Source: Octopus sinensis
Taxonomy: Eukaryota
Length of the DNA stretch: 64,000 nucleotides
Assembly: GCF_006345805.1 (NCBI RefSeq)
Contig: NC_043002.1
Location: 62,620,001-62,684,000, forward strand
Reading direction: 5' to 3'
The position numbers and the translations under genes were made by a program. The notes below the pieces were generated by a model that was not told the DNA's origin, searched no databases, and worked only from the letters and a program-made list of their open reading frames with translations. Below, one piece after another: positions 1 through 14,616 of the stretch (position 1 is the first letter of the stretch; each line of letters opens with the position of its first letter).

Positions 1-63
1 TATATAGTATATGTATATATATATATGTAATATATATATATATATTATATATATATGTATATG

Positions 64-102
<39 letters not shown>

Positions 103-160
103 GTATAATATATATATATGGTATATGTATATATATATATGTATATATATTATATATATG

Positions 161-196
<36 letters not shown>

Positions 197-442
197 ATGT
201 ATATATATATATGTATAGTAGTATATATATATATGTATATATATATGTATATGTATATATATATGTATATATGTATATATATGTAAGTATATATATATGT
301 ATATATATATATATATGTATATGATATATATATATATGTATATATAATATATGTATAGATATATATTATATATATATGTATATATATATGATATATATAG
401 ATATATAGATATATATAGATAGTATATATATATATATAAGTG

Positions 443-497
<55 letters not shown>

Positions 498-712
498 ATA
501 TATATATGTATATATATATGTATATATATGTATCTATATATATAGGTATATATATGTATATATATATATATATGTATATATATATAATATGTATATGTAT
601 ATATATATATGATATATAAGAATATATTATATGTATATATATATATAGGTATATATATATATGTATATATTATATATGTGTGATTATATATAGTATCTAT
701 ATATATATATGG

Positions 713-762
<50 letters not shown>

Positions 763-872
763 TGTATATATATATATGATATATGTGTATATATATATAT
801 TATGTGTATATATATATATAATGGGTATATATATATATGATATTATATATATGTATATATGTATTATATATG

Positions 873-928
<56 letters not shown>

Positions 929-1395
929 TGTCTATATATATATATATGTTATATATATATATGTATAATAGGTATATAATATATGTATATATATATATAT
1001 TATATATATGTATATATATATATATGTAATATATTATATGTGTAATATATATATGTATATATATATAGTAATATATATTATATATATGTATATATCTATG
1101 TATATAATATATGTATATATATATATATGTATATATATCTATATGTATATATATAATATGTATCTATATATGTATATATATATATATGTATATATATATC
1201 TAGTATATATATATGTATATATAATATAGTATATATATGGTATATATATATATATTGTAATATATATATGTATATATATATATCTATATATCTATATATA
1301 TATATATATATTATCTATATATAGATATATATATATATATGTATATTATAATATATATATATAGATATATATATATATATATATATATAGATATA

Positions 1396-1437
<42 letters not shown>

Positions 1438-1840
1438 GATATATATATGTATAGAGATATATATATGTATATATAGAGATATATATTATATATAGATATA
1501 TAGTAATATATATATAGATGTTATATATATATATATATGTATATAGATATATATGTTAGATAGATATATATATATATAGGTTATTATATATATATTTAAG
1601 TATATATATGTATATATTATATATATATGTATATTAGATATATATGTATATATATATCTATAATATTATAGGATAGATAGATGTATGTATATATATGTTA
1701 GATAGGATATAGATATATATAATATATGGATATATATATATAGTATATATGATATATATGTAGATATATATATATATATGTATTATATATATATATATAT
1801 GTATATAGATATATATGTATATGTATATATATAGTATATG

Positions 1841-1887
<47 letters not shown>

Positions 1888-1904
1888 GTATATATATATA
1901 TATA

Positions 1905-1939
<35 letters not shown>

Positions 1940-2080
1940 GTATATGTATATATATATATATGTATATATATATATGTATATATATATATAGTGATATATA
2001 TATATATGATATATATGTATATAATATATATATGTATATATATATATATGTTGATATATATATATATGTATATATATATG

Positions 2081-2111
<31 letters not shown>

Positions 2112-2112
2112 G

Positions 2113-2143
<31 letters not shown>

Positions 2144-2245
2144 GATTGATATATATATATATATGTATATATTATATATATGTATATATAGGTATATATA
2201 GATATATATATATATGTATATATATATATATGATATTATTGTATA

Positions 2246-2290
<45 letters not shown>

Positions 2291-3666
2291 GTGTATATAT
2301 ATATATAGGATATATATATATATGTGTATATATATATATATTGTATATATGTATATATGTGTATATATATATATGTGTATATATATATATAATGTATATA
2401 TATATATATGTGTATATATAATATATATGTTGTATATATATGTATATATGTGTATAATGTATATAGTGTATATATATATGTATATATGTTGTGTATATAT
2501 ATGTATATATGTGTATATATGTATATATGTGTAATATATGTTATATATGTATATATATTATATATGGTATATGTGTATATATGTGTATATGTGTATATAG
2601 TGTATATAATGTATATATGTATATATATGTATATATATATATGTATATATGTATATATATGTATATATATATATTGTATATATATGTATATATAGTATAT
2701 ATATATATATGTATATATATGTATATATATGTATATATATGTATATATATGTATATGTATATGTATATATATGTAATATATGTATATATATGATATAATG
2801 TAATGTATATATATGTGTATATATGTATATATATGTATATATGTATATATATATGTAATATGTATATATGTATATATGTATATATATGTATATAGTATAT
2901 ATATGTATATATAGGTATATATGTATATATATATATGTATATATATGTATATATAGTATATATATGTATATATGTATATAGGTATATATATATTATTATG
3001 TATATAGTTATATATATGTATTATATATATGTATATATATGTATATATATATATATATATGATATATATGTATATATGTATATATATGTATATATATATG
3101 TATATATATGTATATATCTATATGTATATATATATATATATGTATATATGTATATATATGTATAGATATATGTATATATATGTGTACATGTATATTTATG
3201 TGTATGTTATATATATGTATATATGTATATATATATATATGTATTGTATATGTATATATATATATATGTATATATATGTATATATGTATATATATGTATA
3301 TATGTATATATATATGTATATATATATGTATAATATGTGTACATGTATATATATGTGTACATGTATATATATATGTACATGTATATATATGTACATGTAT
3401 ATATATGTACATGTATATATATATGTATATATATAATGTATTATATTATATATGTATATATGTATATATATATGTATGTATATATGTATATATTATGTAT
3501 GTAATATATATGTATGTATATATTATATATTTTTTTTTATATTGTATATATATGTATAATGTATATATGTATATATGTATATATATGTATATATAGATGT
3601 ATGTATATATATATGTATATATATATATATGGTATATATGTATATATATATATATATGTATATATG

Positions 3667-3699
<33 letters not shown>

Positions 3700-3825
3700 G
3701 TATATATATATGTATATTGTATATTAATATATGTATATATGTCTATATATATATTGTATAGATATATATATAGATATATATATAATATATGTATATATAT
3801 ATGTATATATGGTATATATATAATG

Positions 3826-3862
<37 letters not shown>

Positions 3863-3871
3863 GTATATATG

Positions 3872-3918
<47 letters not shown>

Positions 3919-3985
3919 TATGTATATATATATAGTTATATATATATGTATATATATATATGTATATATATATGTATATATATAT
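1..3985. repeat. ~4-kb degenerate (TA)n / TATATG microsatellite array, runs off the window start
   Basis: Continuous TA dinucleotide array interrupted mostly by G on the + strand. All Y/I/M/V-rich ORFs here are artefacts. Confidence 0.97.
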
Positions 3986-4039
3986 ATATTTCAGGATTAA
4001 ATAAAAAGACAACGAACAGAAGATATGACAAACCTATAT

Positions 4040-4420
4040 GATGATGGCCTCCGTGCCAGTGACACGTAAAAAAGCTTCATTCGAACGTGATCGTTACCTG
4101 CGTCACCTTACTGGCACTTGTACTGGTGGCACATGAAAAAACATTCGAGCAAGGTAGTTGCTAGTGTCGCTGGACTAGCTCCTGTGCAGGTGGCCCATAA
4201 AAAACACCATTTGAGCATGGCCGTTGCCAGTACCACCTGACTGGCACGTAAAAGCACCCACTACACTCTCGGAGTGGTTGGCGTTAGGAAGGGCATCCAG
4301 CAGTAGAAACTCTGCCGGATCAGATTGGAGTCTGGTGCAGCCATCTAGTTCGCCAGATCTCAGTCAAATCATCCAACCCATGCTAGCATGGAAAGCGGAC
4401 GTTAAACAATGATGATGATG
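4040..4420 (+). mobile_element. SINE/LINE-tail-like interspersed repeat with (ATG)n tail
   Basis: Contains GGTTGGCGTTAGGAAGGGCATCCAGC ... CCAACCCATGCTAGCATGGAAAGCGGACGTTAAAC followed by an (ATG)n tail. A degenerate relative lies at about 6520-6722. Confidence 0.65.
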
Positions 4421-4422
4421 AC

Positions 4423-4467
<45 letters not shown>

Positions 4468-4640
4468 ATTTTTTTTAAATGTAGTAAATAAACAAACGAA
4501 CATATACTAAATGCTCAGACGAACAGAAAACACAGAAGGTCATCAACAATCCATCAGTTATCGGCCAGAGGGTCAAATGCAATTTCAGCCAATATTGATA
4601 ATGTTGCATCCACTCTGGAGCCCTCCATGGAGGAGGGCTC

Positions 4641-4993
4641 AGGAGTGGCTGTGTTGAGAAGCTTGCTTCCCAGCCACATGGTTCCAGGTTCAATCCCACT
4701 AAGTGGCACCTTTGGCAAGTGTCTCCTGCTATAGCCTCAGGCTGACCAAAGCTTTGTGAGTGGATTCAGTGGAGAGAAACTGAAAGAAGCCTGTCGTGTG
4801 TGTGTGTGTGTGTGTATGTATTTGTGTGTCTGTGTTTGTCCCCCCCACCATCGCTTGACAACCGATGCTGGTGTGTTTGTCCCCGTAACTTAGTGGTTCG
4901 GCAAAAGAGACCATCAGAATAAGTACTTGGCTTACAAAGAATAACTCCTGGTGCTCCAGCATGGCCATAGTCAAATGACTGAAACGAGGAAAC
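4641..4993 (+). mobile_element. tRNA-derived SINE, family A
   Basis: B-box-like GGTTCAATCCC, central CCTTTGGCAAGTGTC motif, internal (TG)n, tail GGTGCTCCAGCATGGCC..GTCAAATGACTGAAAC. Many homologous copies in the window. Confidence 0.85.
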
Positions 4994-5655
4994 GAAAGAT
5001 TATACATATATATATACAGATGGTTGCAATTTTTCACCAAAAAAAGAGAATTATAATTGTCGCAAGATGTGACTAGGGTATTATGAAACATATATATATA
5101 TGTTATGAAACATATATATATAAAAGGTGGATTTTTTCTAATTTTTTTATATATATATTATATTGTGTGAAATTTGATTTAGTATTTCTAAATTTAATTT
5201 TTTCCCTGTAAGTTTGGATTTATATTCCCTCAAATAATAATTATTATATATATAATAATCAAAATAAGCAACAAGGATATCCAGGGGTAATGCAGTACGA
5301 TCGTTTCCTGCAACTCCATTTAATTGAACAATGCAATCATTAAATCTATTTAAAATGTAGAACAATCTTCAGCTGCACAAAGACATAGAATTTAATTAAA
5401 TTAGAACAGATGGACACATTAGTATAATTATACCTAAAATCTCCAAGAAGTTAAGGAGATAGACAACATGTTCTTTGGAAAGGTATAATATGAGGGCCAG
5501 GTAAGTTTGCTTTAAATGCTAAAGAGTTAAGATTTTTTTATACAATTCATAGACAGTTGAAATAGCTTTGTTGAGTAAGCATTAGGCATCCTCTATGCAT
5601 TCCCTCTATGCAGCCTGTTGATAAAGTTTTGTTCATATTTACTAATAATGAAAGC

Positions 5656-5870
5656 AGTGATCTGCCAGAATCTTGAGGACACCAGGGGAAATGCTTTGCA
5701 GCACTTCACCTGCCTGCACTTTCTGAGTTCAATTTCCACTGTGGTTGCCTTTGCATTTTCATCCTTTTGGGGTCAATAAATTAAATACCAGTGAAACACT
5801 GGGATCACTGTATTGACTGGTCCCTTCCCACCAAAGTTCAGGCCGTGTGCCTCTAGTAGAAAGGATATTT
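5656..5870 (+). mobile_element. tRNA-derived SINE, family B (diverged)
   Basis: TTCTGAGTTCAA B-box region and TTTCATCCTTTTGGGGTCAATAAATTAAATACCAGT, homologous to 42206-42604. Confidence 0.75.
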
Positions 5871-5900
5871 ACTAGTAATCAAAATTATTACAGTTTCACA

Positions 5901-6110
5901 TGACCCTTTTAATACTAAACTACCGTTGGTTCTGTTAACCCAAATTTTCTGTCATAAAGTGATCTGAATTAAAACCTATCAAACTTTCATGTTAAATTAA
6001 GTTCTAAACACCAGTTTAGTGGCAGTAATTTTGCTAAATTCTTGAAATATGTTCAAAATTAATTGAAACAAAAATAGGTCATTTCAACATAAATTCTTTA
6101 AAGTGGTTAA
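5901..6110. mobile_element. possible degenerate piggyBac-type MITE
   Basis: Ends resemble TTAACCCTTT...AAAGGGTTAA (tgaccctttt ... aaagtggttaa), both imperfect. Confidence 0.3.
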
Positions 6111-6389
6111 TTAGCTTTGGAGGATGGTTGCAGCAGATAATGCTTTCAGTCACATCTACACCAATTAATACTCATCATTTTAACGAGTTTGTTAAAAAAA
6201 TTACAATTTCCTTCAGTAGGAGATTTTGTCTGCTAATTGCTTAGGTTACCTCAAAGTTTTACACACCTGATTCTACAGTATTTAGGCAATCTTATCAAAT
6301 AACAATGAGAAAATTGTCTTTTAAGAAAATTGATTTTCTCCTTCACTTTATTTTTAATTAGTTACAAAGCGAGTTTTGTGACCAAATGA

Positions 6390-6722
6390 TTTCAGGTTCC
6401 GCTCCAGTGTGCAGCACTTTGAGCAAGTGTCCTCTACTATGGGCCTGAACCAACCAATGCTTTGTGAATGAATTTGGTAGATGGAAATGATATGAAAGCT
6501 TGTAGTTTTACAAGCTGTATGGCAATCACACTGGTAGTAGTGGCACAGAGGAAGCACCCAGTGCATGCTGTAAAGTGGTTGCCATTCGGTAGAGCATCCA
6601 ACTGTAAATGCCATTCCAAAAAAGACATTGGAGTACAATGCAGTCTTTGGACCTGTCAAATCATGTCAGACCATTCTGTCCATGCTTGTATGGAACAAGA
6701 ACATTAAATGATGATGATTATG
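6390..6722 (+). mobile_element. degenerate SINE: family-A-like head/core joined to the 4040-type tail
   Basis: CACTTTGAGCAAGTGTCCTCTACTAT and GAATTTGGTAGATGGAAA core, then AAGTGGTTGCCATTCGGTAGAGCATCCAACTG and an (ATG)n tail. Confidence 0.5.
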
Positions 6723-6740
6723 ATGTATTAAATAGTTGCA

Positions 6741-7150
6741 CACAGGTGCCGGTGTGGCTGTGTGGTAAGAAGCTTGCTTCTCAACCACATGGTTCTGGTT
6801 TCAGTCCCACTGTGTGTCATCTTGGTCAAGTGTCTTTTATAGCCTCGAGCCAACCTAAGCCTTGTGAGTGGATTTGGTAGATGGAAACTGAAAGAAGCCC
6901 ATCATGTGTACATATATATATATATATATATATGTATATGTGTATGTCTTTTTTGTCTGTTCCTCCCACAGCCACCATTGCTTAACAACCGATGTTGGTA
7001 TGTTTATGTCCCTGTAACTTAGTGGTTTGGCAAAAAGACCAGTAGAATAAGAACTAGGCTTACAAAGAATTAAGTCCTAGGGTCGATTTGTTTGACTACA
7101 CATGGTGCTCCAGCATAGCCACAGTCAAATGACTGAAACAAGTAAAAGAA
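6741..7150 (+). mobile_element. tRNA-derived SINE, family A (full length)
   Basis: GTGGCTGTGTGGTAAGAAGCTTGCTTC head, GGTTTCAGTCCC B-box-like, internal (TA)n, tail GACTGAAACAAGTAAAAG. Confidence 0.88.
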
Positions 7151-7403
7151 TTTTGCTTTTTCAGAAAGAATTAAAAATACAGAAGTGGATTAATATATGT
7201 GTGTATACATGCACACACATGCAGAAGCATGTGTGTGTGTGTTTCTATATATTAATCCTCTTGTTATAATCATTATGAAATCAAATTCAACTTTAATCTT
7301 ATTAGAAATATTAGTGTAAACAAAATCTCATTTAATTCCATCATTATCACATGTTATATTGTAATAAAATGTGGTACACTGTTGCAACGGGAAAATCCTG
7401 AAT

Positions 7404-7503
7404 NNNNNNNNNNNNNNNNNNNNNNNNNNNNNNNNNNNNNNNNNNNNNNNNNNNNNNNNNNNNNNNNNNNNNNNNNNNNNNNNNNNNNNNNNNNNNNNNN
7501 NNN
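7404..7503. other. scaffold gap (100 N)
   Basis: Exactly 100 N, a typical fixed-size scaffolding gap. Adjacency across it is not sequence-supported. Confidence 0.99.
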
Positions 7504-8243
7504 CAGAAGGAAAAGAAATATATATGAAAGCTAGGCAAACTTGAGTTTTATTATATTTTGTTTTTCCTCCAAGAAAATATTTGCTGAAAATTTCAATATT
7601 TTCTAGATTGTAATCAAGAATTCATACGTTTGGATGGTGCTAAAATCAGTTACGCAATATAGCATTTTAACTGTACATATTCATTCGCTTTTCATAAAAA
7701 CGCGTTTACAGTCATAAATGACAGGAAAAAAATAAATAAGTCTATATATTTTGTTTACTTTTTTTATATTAGAAATATCTAAGGATAATTTTTATATTTA
7801 TTAGGTTTTATTTAGAATATTGCACGATCCGTACGTATAAATAGCCTTAGGGTATATCGGTATTTTAACTTGAGAAATTTAATACGTCTTCAACAAAACC
7901 AACTTCGAGAATGTTTGGAAAAAATATCAATCTTATTCTTGGTTTTTTACCAGAAGAAATGTCTGTAGAAAAGTTTCGTATTTACTTGATTCTATTCAGA
8001 AAGCTGTACGATCGATTGACACTGAAGCCCATTGGGGCACTTTGATACTTTTACTGTGGATATTCACGCGTCAGATGAAACGAAATTACAGTTATATATG
8101 ATAAGAACACCACTGAAATGAAAGTTGTACGATCGGTGAGGTATATCAGCATTTTAACCGTGGAAATTATCACATCGTCGTCATTTATGTTTTTGTTCTC
8201 ACCATCATTTTATCTGCCGTACACCTAGGGATGGAATTCTTAA

Positions 8244-8732
8244 GGTGACGAACTGGCCGAATTTTTAGCAAACTGAGTTAAAATCTTAGCGGCTTATCCT
8301 CGGCACTTTACGCCAAAAGAAAAGCCGCTCACTTCATTCCGAGGTAAATTTACACTCAGTTAACGCCGAAGTCAGCTTCACCATTTTCTTTGTTTTCCCT
8401 CCGAGGTCGATAAAATAAGGTACCAGTCAACTACTGGAGTCTATGTAATCGAGAACTGATATCACCTTCATTGAAACGATGCTGCTTAAAAGATATGGTT
8501 AAGTAGTTCATTCCGTAAGCACGTGATTCGGAGTACTACACTAATTGCTTTATGAGTAAATGCTTAGAGGTATTTCGTTGTCTTTACGTTCCAAGTTCAA
8601 ATGCCGCCGAGGCTGACTATGCCTTTCATCCTTTCGGGGTCGATAAATTAAGTACCAGTTCCGCACTGAGGTCGATCTAATCGACTGGCCCCTCCCCCAA
8701 AACTTCGGGCCTTGCGCCTAGAGTAGAAACGA
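8244..8732 (+). mobile_element. two family-B SINE copies (8244-8455 degenerate; 8558-8732)
   Basis: GCCTTTCATCCTTTCGGGGTCGATAAATTAAGTACCAGTT diagnostic block, tail CGGGCCTTGCGCCTAGAGTAGAAA. Confidence 0.8.
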
Positions 8733-8788
8733 ATTCCCTTATGAGTAAGATCGGTACACACACACACACACACACACATATCTGTGTA

Positions 8789-9068
8789 GGTGTGTAGCTT
8801 AGTAGTTATTCGGCTCACGATCGTAAGGTCGTGAGTTCAAATCCAGGCGACGCACGTTTCCTTGAGTAATACACTTTATTTCACGTGACTCCAGTCCATT
8901 CAACTGGCAAAAATAAATAGTACCTGTATTTCAAAGGGCCATCCTTGTCCCACTCTGTGTCACCGTTAATCTACCTGAGAACCTCGTGAAGAGTATGCCA
9001 CTTGCGCATTTACTTTAGGAGCAGGCTCTCCCGTTGATCGGATCAACTGGAACCCTCGTAGTCGTGCC
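8789..9068 (+). mobile_element. tRNA-derived SINE (C-type head/core, D-type tail)
   Basis: GTGAGTTCAAATCC B box; CCTTGAGTAATACACTTTATTTCAC core as in 16661 and 23376; tail GATCGGATCAACTGGAACCCTCGT as in 55390. Confidence 0.75.
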
Positions 9069-9099
9069 AGTTAGTTATATACACACACGCACACACACG

Positions 9100-9145
<46 letters not shown>

Positions 9146-9327
9146 GTGTGTGTGTGTGAATGTGTGTATAAATACAGCTGCCAAAGACATCACAAAAAAT
9201 TGTTACTCAGTGTCTCACGTTCCCGTTTGAAAATCTCAATCAAAACTGTCGTTATGTTGGCATATAAACATTACTATCCGGTACTGTTACTGTATTCCTC
9301 TCGCTCAGAGATTTAAAATACACACAC

Positions 9328-9372
<45 letters not shown>

Positions 9373-10833
9373 AGAGGCACATACACACACACACACATAT
9401 GCATAAAGTACAACAAAATAGTTACACCCTCTTCCATACGTTTCATTAATATATTGTGTTTATAAGATACGCAATACAATTGAATGCTTCTTTCTCAGAA
9501 AGATATATCTTTTGTTCCCTGTGTTAGTGTTGCTGACAGGTTTTTCTTAATATTCTAAAAAAAAAAAAACAATAAAATAAAAATTAGAATTTCTAATGAC
9601 GTTATGTAATTCTTTCTTTGCTTTTGTAAGATGAAATTTTGCAACGGTTAGCTCGTGCGTAAAATCTAAGAAGCTGTTGATGTTTATGTATGTTCGCACG
9701 TTGATTTTATATCGAAAACTCCATTAATAATATTTACAAATTAATTTAGATATTAGCCAGAATGTAGTATGTAGGAAAAGAATAACAAAGCACGTATAGT
9801 ATCTGTAGAGCTTTATATCGCATGTAGAAATGCAAAATACTTCAACTGGTTCCAGTGGATATATTTTCAAGTTCCGTATTTAAGATGGAAAATTTTGTCA
9901 AAGAATCGTAGACTCTAATAACTAGATTGAGTCAGAATAAAGAAAGGAGGCAAAAGTATGAATAATGTCACTGATGAAATGAAGACTCAGACGATGAGGT
10001 CATATATATATATATATATATGTATATATGGGGTACAGGACATCACCTACTGTCTAAACAACATGAAATACGAAAACAAACGAATTAAATACGCAGACAA
10101 CGAGAGAAAAATATGGAAAACAGCACAAGTAAACAGAGAAACGACACTTCATCAGTTGTCGCCTGTCTATCTGTTCCTCATTTCGAGCATTCAGCGACAA
10201 TATGAATCTTCAAAGACATCTCCTCCCATAAATTCTAAATCAAAATTTAGGATTCATGGAGGATCAAAGTTGGGAACAAAAACAGGATAGTGGAGACATA
10301 CAAGGAAACCGAACGAAAAAAAACATGGAGAGTCGTTAAACCAGAACGAGGGGCAAATAGTGAACCCTGGGAGAAATATTTTCTTTGAAAGAGAAAAGAT
10401 AGAAGAACGAGAAAAAGAAAACGTCCGGTCCTTTGAACGTCCGGGCAGGAAGAGAAAGATAGTCACGTGAGGAAAAGAATGATGGACAATGAAAAAGAGA
10501 AAGAGGGAAAAGAGAGAGAGACAGATAGAAAACGGTGAAAGAGGGAAGGGAAAAGGTAATTAGAGAAAGAGGAAATAGACAGTATAGAGTAGGGTCGCAT
10601 CAAAAAGGTGAAGATAAACTTACTTGGGAATAGATGCGTGGCGTTCAATTAAATAATAATAATATATATAATTTATACGTATATACATATATATTTATAT
10701 GTTATATATATATATACATATGTATATAGTTATTGTAATTATTGTCATAGTATATATGTATACATGTATATATATACATATATATAAATATATATGCATA
10801 TAAGTGTACAGGATATACACACATTTATATATA

Positions 10834-10879
<46 letters not shown>

Positions 10880-12544
10880 GTATATATTATATATATATAT
10901 ATATATAATATATATATATATATAATATATATATATATATATCTGTGTGTGTGTATGTATGTGTATACGTATAAATATGAGGGACGCATGAAAAGCATTA
11001 AGCCTTAAATCCCTTGTACTTTCATCAGAAGTCTTGTACCGCGTTTTTTTGAGGCTTTATTTGTAGGTCAACAAGATAACCAGTGATTTCTTGTAAAAAG
11101 ATCTTCACAATTGTTCAAGTGCACCGCATGGAAGTGTAGGTTCTTGTCTCCATTATGAACTTAAAATGGCATACTTGAATAATTGTGAAGATCTTTTTAT
11201 ATAAAACAATTAGTTACCTAGTTAAGCCATAAATAAAGAATATTTATCCACCAAAGTGGTATTGAACACTTATTCTCACTGTTCGATGCACACACACACA
11301 CAAACGTATGTATTTATTATTTGCAAACAACTAAAAATGCTACCATTTGAAAGCTCTCGTATCGGCCACTAGCAGGCTTATGAAGTTAGCAAGAAAGCGC
11401 GCCGTTTCGGGGCCTTCCTTCTGTCGGCATTTTTGCGTACCGCCTTCCCTCACTGAAGTAAGACTCACTCTCTAGATCAATTGCTTACTAGGCTTCACTC
11501 AACAGTCTTCCAGCCATCGTTCTTCGCCTCCTTTTCACCAAATCCAGTTGCTTGACTTTTCGCCTGTAGCCTGGACATCCATAATGATGGCATTTGCATT
11601 ACGTCGAGTTAGGCCTAGCGGCAAGAACCATTCGTTTCGCTCTATTTCCAAGTTATTCTTTGCTTGGATAATGCGTCTTTACATTCCTCGGGGAGATGTT
11701 CATAACTGCTAATCTTTCGAGTCCAACAGGCGTCACCGCGGTAAAGGAAGATTCGCGGTAAAGAAATACCTGTGTTTAGGTAGAACTTGAAACAACCACT
11801 GAAATCTCTCAGCTTAATTTGACATCTTGGAGAAACGGTTGCCTAAATCGATCTGCACGGCTCAAAATGTATCAGGTTGCATCCAAACAATTTGAGTCGA
11901 AGTAACAAAACAAAGTAAATGAGTTAAATTTTGCAATCAACCGACACATTTATTCAGTTCCAGGTAAAATCAAAATCGTCAGTGTTCCAATTGTAACTTC
12001 ATACCAAAATCCATCCCTGGATCTCAAATTACATTCACGCATCAATCGCAAATAGATGCAGCTTATTTTATTGTCAAAGAATTTCTTTTCCAGTCCTCTT
12101 CTCCTTCAAACTCCCTCTGTCAAAATCGACGTGATGACCATTATACAGAGTGTCCCCAAAATAGGCACTTTAAATTTCTTTTAAAACATTTTATATATAT
12201 ATGTACATATGTATATATATATGTATATACATATATATATATAGATCAATTCTTTCAATTTAGCATTCTGCCTTTTTAGAATTTTTCCTTGCATATATAT
12301 ATATATATATATATATAACGCAATCGCGCGCACACACTCTTACACACTTAGACGCATATATTCGTGCATATACATATACATACATGCAATAAACTGGAGG
12401 TAACTGTTTTCTTTAAACTGACACGTGTTAGTTCAAACCAGTTTAATATTTTTAAGAAAACAACTCCCCTTCATTATCCCGCTCACTCAGTTTGTCTCTC
12501 ACACTGAGGCACGTAAACTTTCATTTCTACTCTGTCCCCCCTCC

Positions 12545-12751
12545 CTCTCTATCTGTCTGTTTGTCTATCTATCTATCTATATATATCTGTCTGTCTGTCT
12601 ATCTATATATATAAATCTGTCTGTCTGTCTATCTATATATATATATCTGTCTGTCTGTCTATATATATATATATCTGTCTGTCTGTCTATCTGTCTATCT
12701 ATATATATATATCTGTCTGTCTGTCTATCTGTCTATCTATATATATATATA

Positions 12752-12784
<33 letters not shown>

Positions 12785-12820
12785 TTATCTATCTATCTGT
12801 CTGTCTATCTATCCATCTGT
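12545..12820. repeat. compound (TATC)n/(TGTC)n/(TA)n microsatellite
   Basis: Direct reading. Confidence 0.9.
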
Positions 12821-12951
12821 ATATTCATACATGCTTATATAGAGACATTGTTATGTATGTACGTAAAGACACACGTGTACACACACAGGCACACACACAC
12901 ACAAACGTACGCACACATACATACACGCACTCAACCACAAAACATCTACTA

Positions 12952-12985
<34 letters not shown>

Positions 12986-14199
12986 CGTGTGTACATGTAT
13001 ATATGTATATACGTGTGAGCATCAAAATATAGGACACATACTTATAATATCCCGGAATTTAGGTGAAATTAAATGGTAAAGAAATGTGAAGTGGAGCGTT
13101 AAGAAGAGAAAACAAGAGTGGAACCGGCACAAAAGCATAAGAATAATAAAAAGGAGAAAAGACAGCGAGGCTAAAATGGAGAGGTGAAGAAACCGGAGGC
13201 TGGACGGATAGAATGATGGTGAGATATATAGAGTATAACCTATCTGTCCATGAGCACCACTTTTCTGCCGAAGTATAATTATAAAATAACAAACAGTTGA
13301 TAGCGGAGAAATGTTGACGGGTGAATCTTAGCCGGGCACCTGCGTTTGGTTTTGTTTCTTGACGTTTGTAAGTAGCTAACGGGTATGTACACGTTTGAAT
13401 GGTGTACACATACTTACGCAGAAAGACAGATACGCTCACACACGCACACACAAACAAACAGACACACATATACTCAGACAGTAACGAATACATATACATG
13501 TATAAGCGTATATAGACGTATGTATACACAGTACTCCGTGTGGAGTGAATTGTAAGTCCCTTGCAGCGCTTGGAAGCCATAAGAGACGGCATTAACGATG
13601 CGGAGAACAAACTTTAGATGTTTCTTAGAGAGAAATGGGTTTTGAAAGTAGTCTCACTCGGCCACGAATTAACCACACACAAATATGTGTGTGTGTGTGT
13701 GTGTGTGCGCGCGCGCGTTTTGTGTGTAAGCATGTTTGTGCATAAGTATAAGTGTGTGTATGTGTGTGCATGTATGCATATGTACATGTTTGTGCGTGTA
13801 TCTGTGTATGTGTGTAAGTGTATGTTTATTTGTGTGTTTGTGTATAAGTATATATGTATGCAAATGGATGCACATTTTCGTGTATCAGTATATATATATT
13901 TATATATATATATACATGCATAGATATGTATGTATCTGTGTGTGCGTGTGTGTGTCTGTGTCTGTGTGTGTGTGCGTGTGTGTGTGTGCGTTTATGTGTG
14001 TGTGTGTGCGTGCGTGTATGTGTGTGTGTGTGTGCGTGTGTGTTTGTGCATAAAATTAGCTTGGCTTTTCACTACGTATCCTGATTTTGACATAAATAAA
14101 TAAATAATTATAATATAAAAGTACAAAGTAACTAAATCCGAATGAAATATACTCGTTATACGCTGGATCGAATCTATCCTTTATAATCTGCAGTTTTTT

Positions 14200-14342
14200 T
14201 CCAACCACATGGTTTCGGGTTCAGTCCCACTGCGTGTCACATTGGGCATCTGTCTTCTACTATAGCCTCCGGTTGACCAAAGACTTGTGAGGGGATTTAA
14301 TGGACAGGAATTGAAAGAAGTCCATTGTACACACACACCACA

Positions 14343-14413
<71 letters not shown>

Positions 14414-14616
14414 TACACATGTGTTTGTGAGTGTCCCCTCCCACCATCGCTTGACAACCGATGTTGGTCTACGTCCTTGTAAACTAGCGGTTCGGCGTAA
14501 GAGACCGATAGAATAAGTATTAGATTTACAAAAACTAAGTCCTGGGTCGATTTGTTCGACTAAAAGCGGTGCTCCAGCATGGCCGCAGTCAAACGACTGA
14601 AAGAAGTAAAAGAATA
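14200..14616 (+). mobile_element. tRNA-derived SINE, family A (5' end eroded)
   Basis: GGGTTCAGTCCCACTGCG, internal (TA)n, CCACCATCGCTTGACAACCGATG, GGTGCTCCAGCATGGCCGCAGTC tail. Confidence 0.85.

Noticed and set aside
118-4012. Dozens of Y/I/M/V/C-rich ORFs (also at 12.4-14 kb, 17 kb, 18.9-19.7 kb, 41 kb, 47-49 kb, 52 kb)
   Set aside because: They are translations of TA/TG/TACA microsatellites, which lack stop codons in some frames; no protein-like composition.
5147-5365. Minus-strand ORF FNDCIVQLNGVAGNDRTALPLDIL and a CAG|GTAAGT donor at about 5500
   Set aside because: No recognisable homology, and no consistent exon frame with the donor.
12143-12165. Tc1/mariner-like TIR start (TACAGAGTGTCCCCAAAA)
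   Set aside because: No partner TIR or transposase found in the window.
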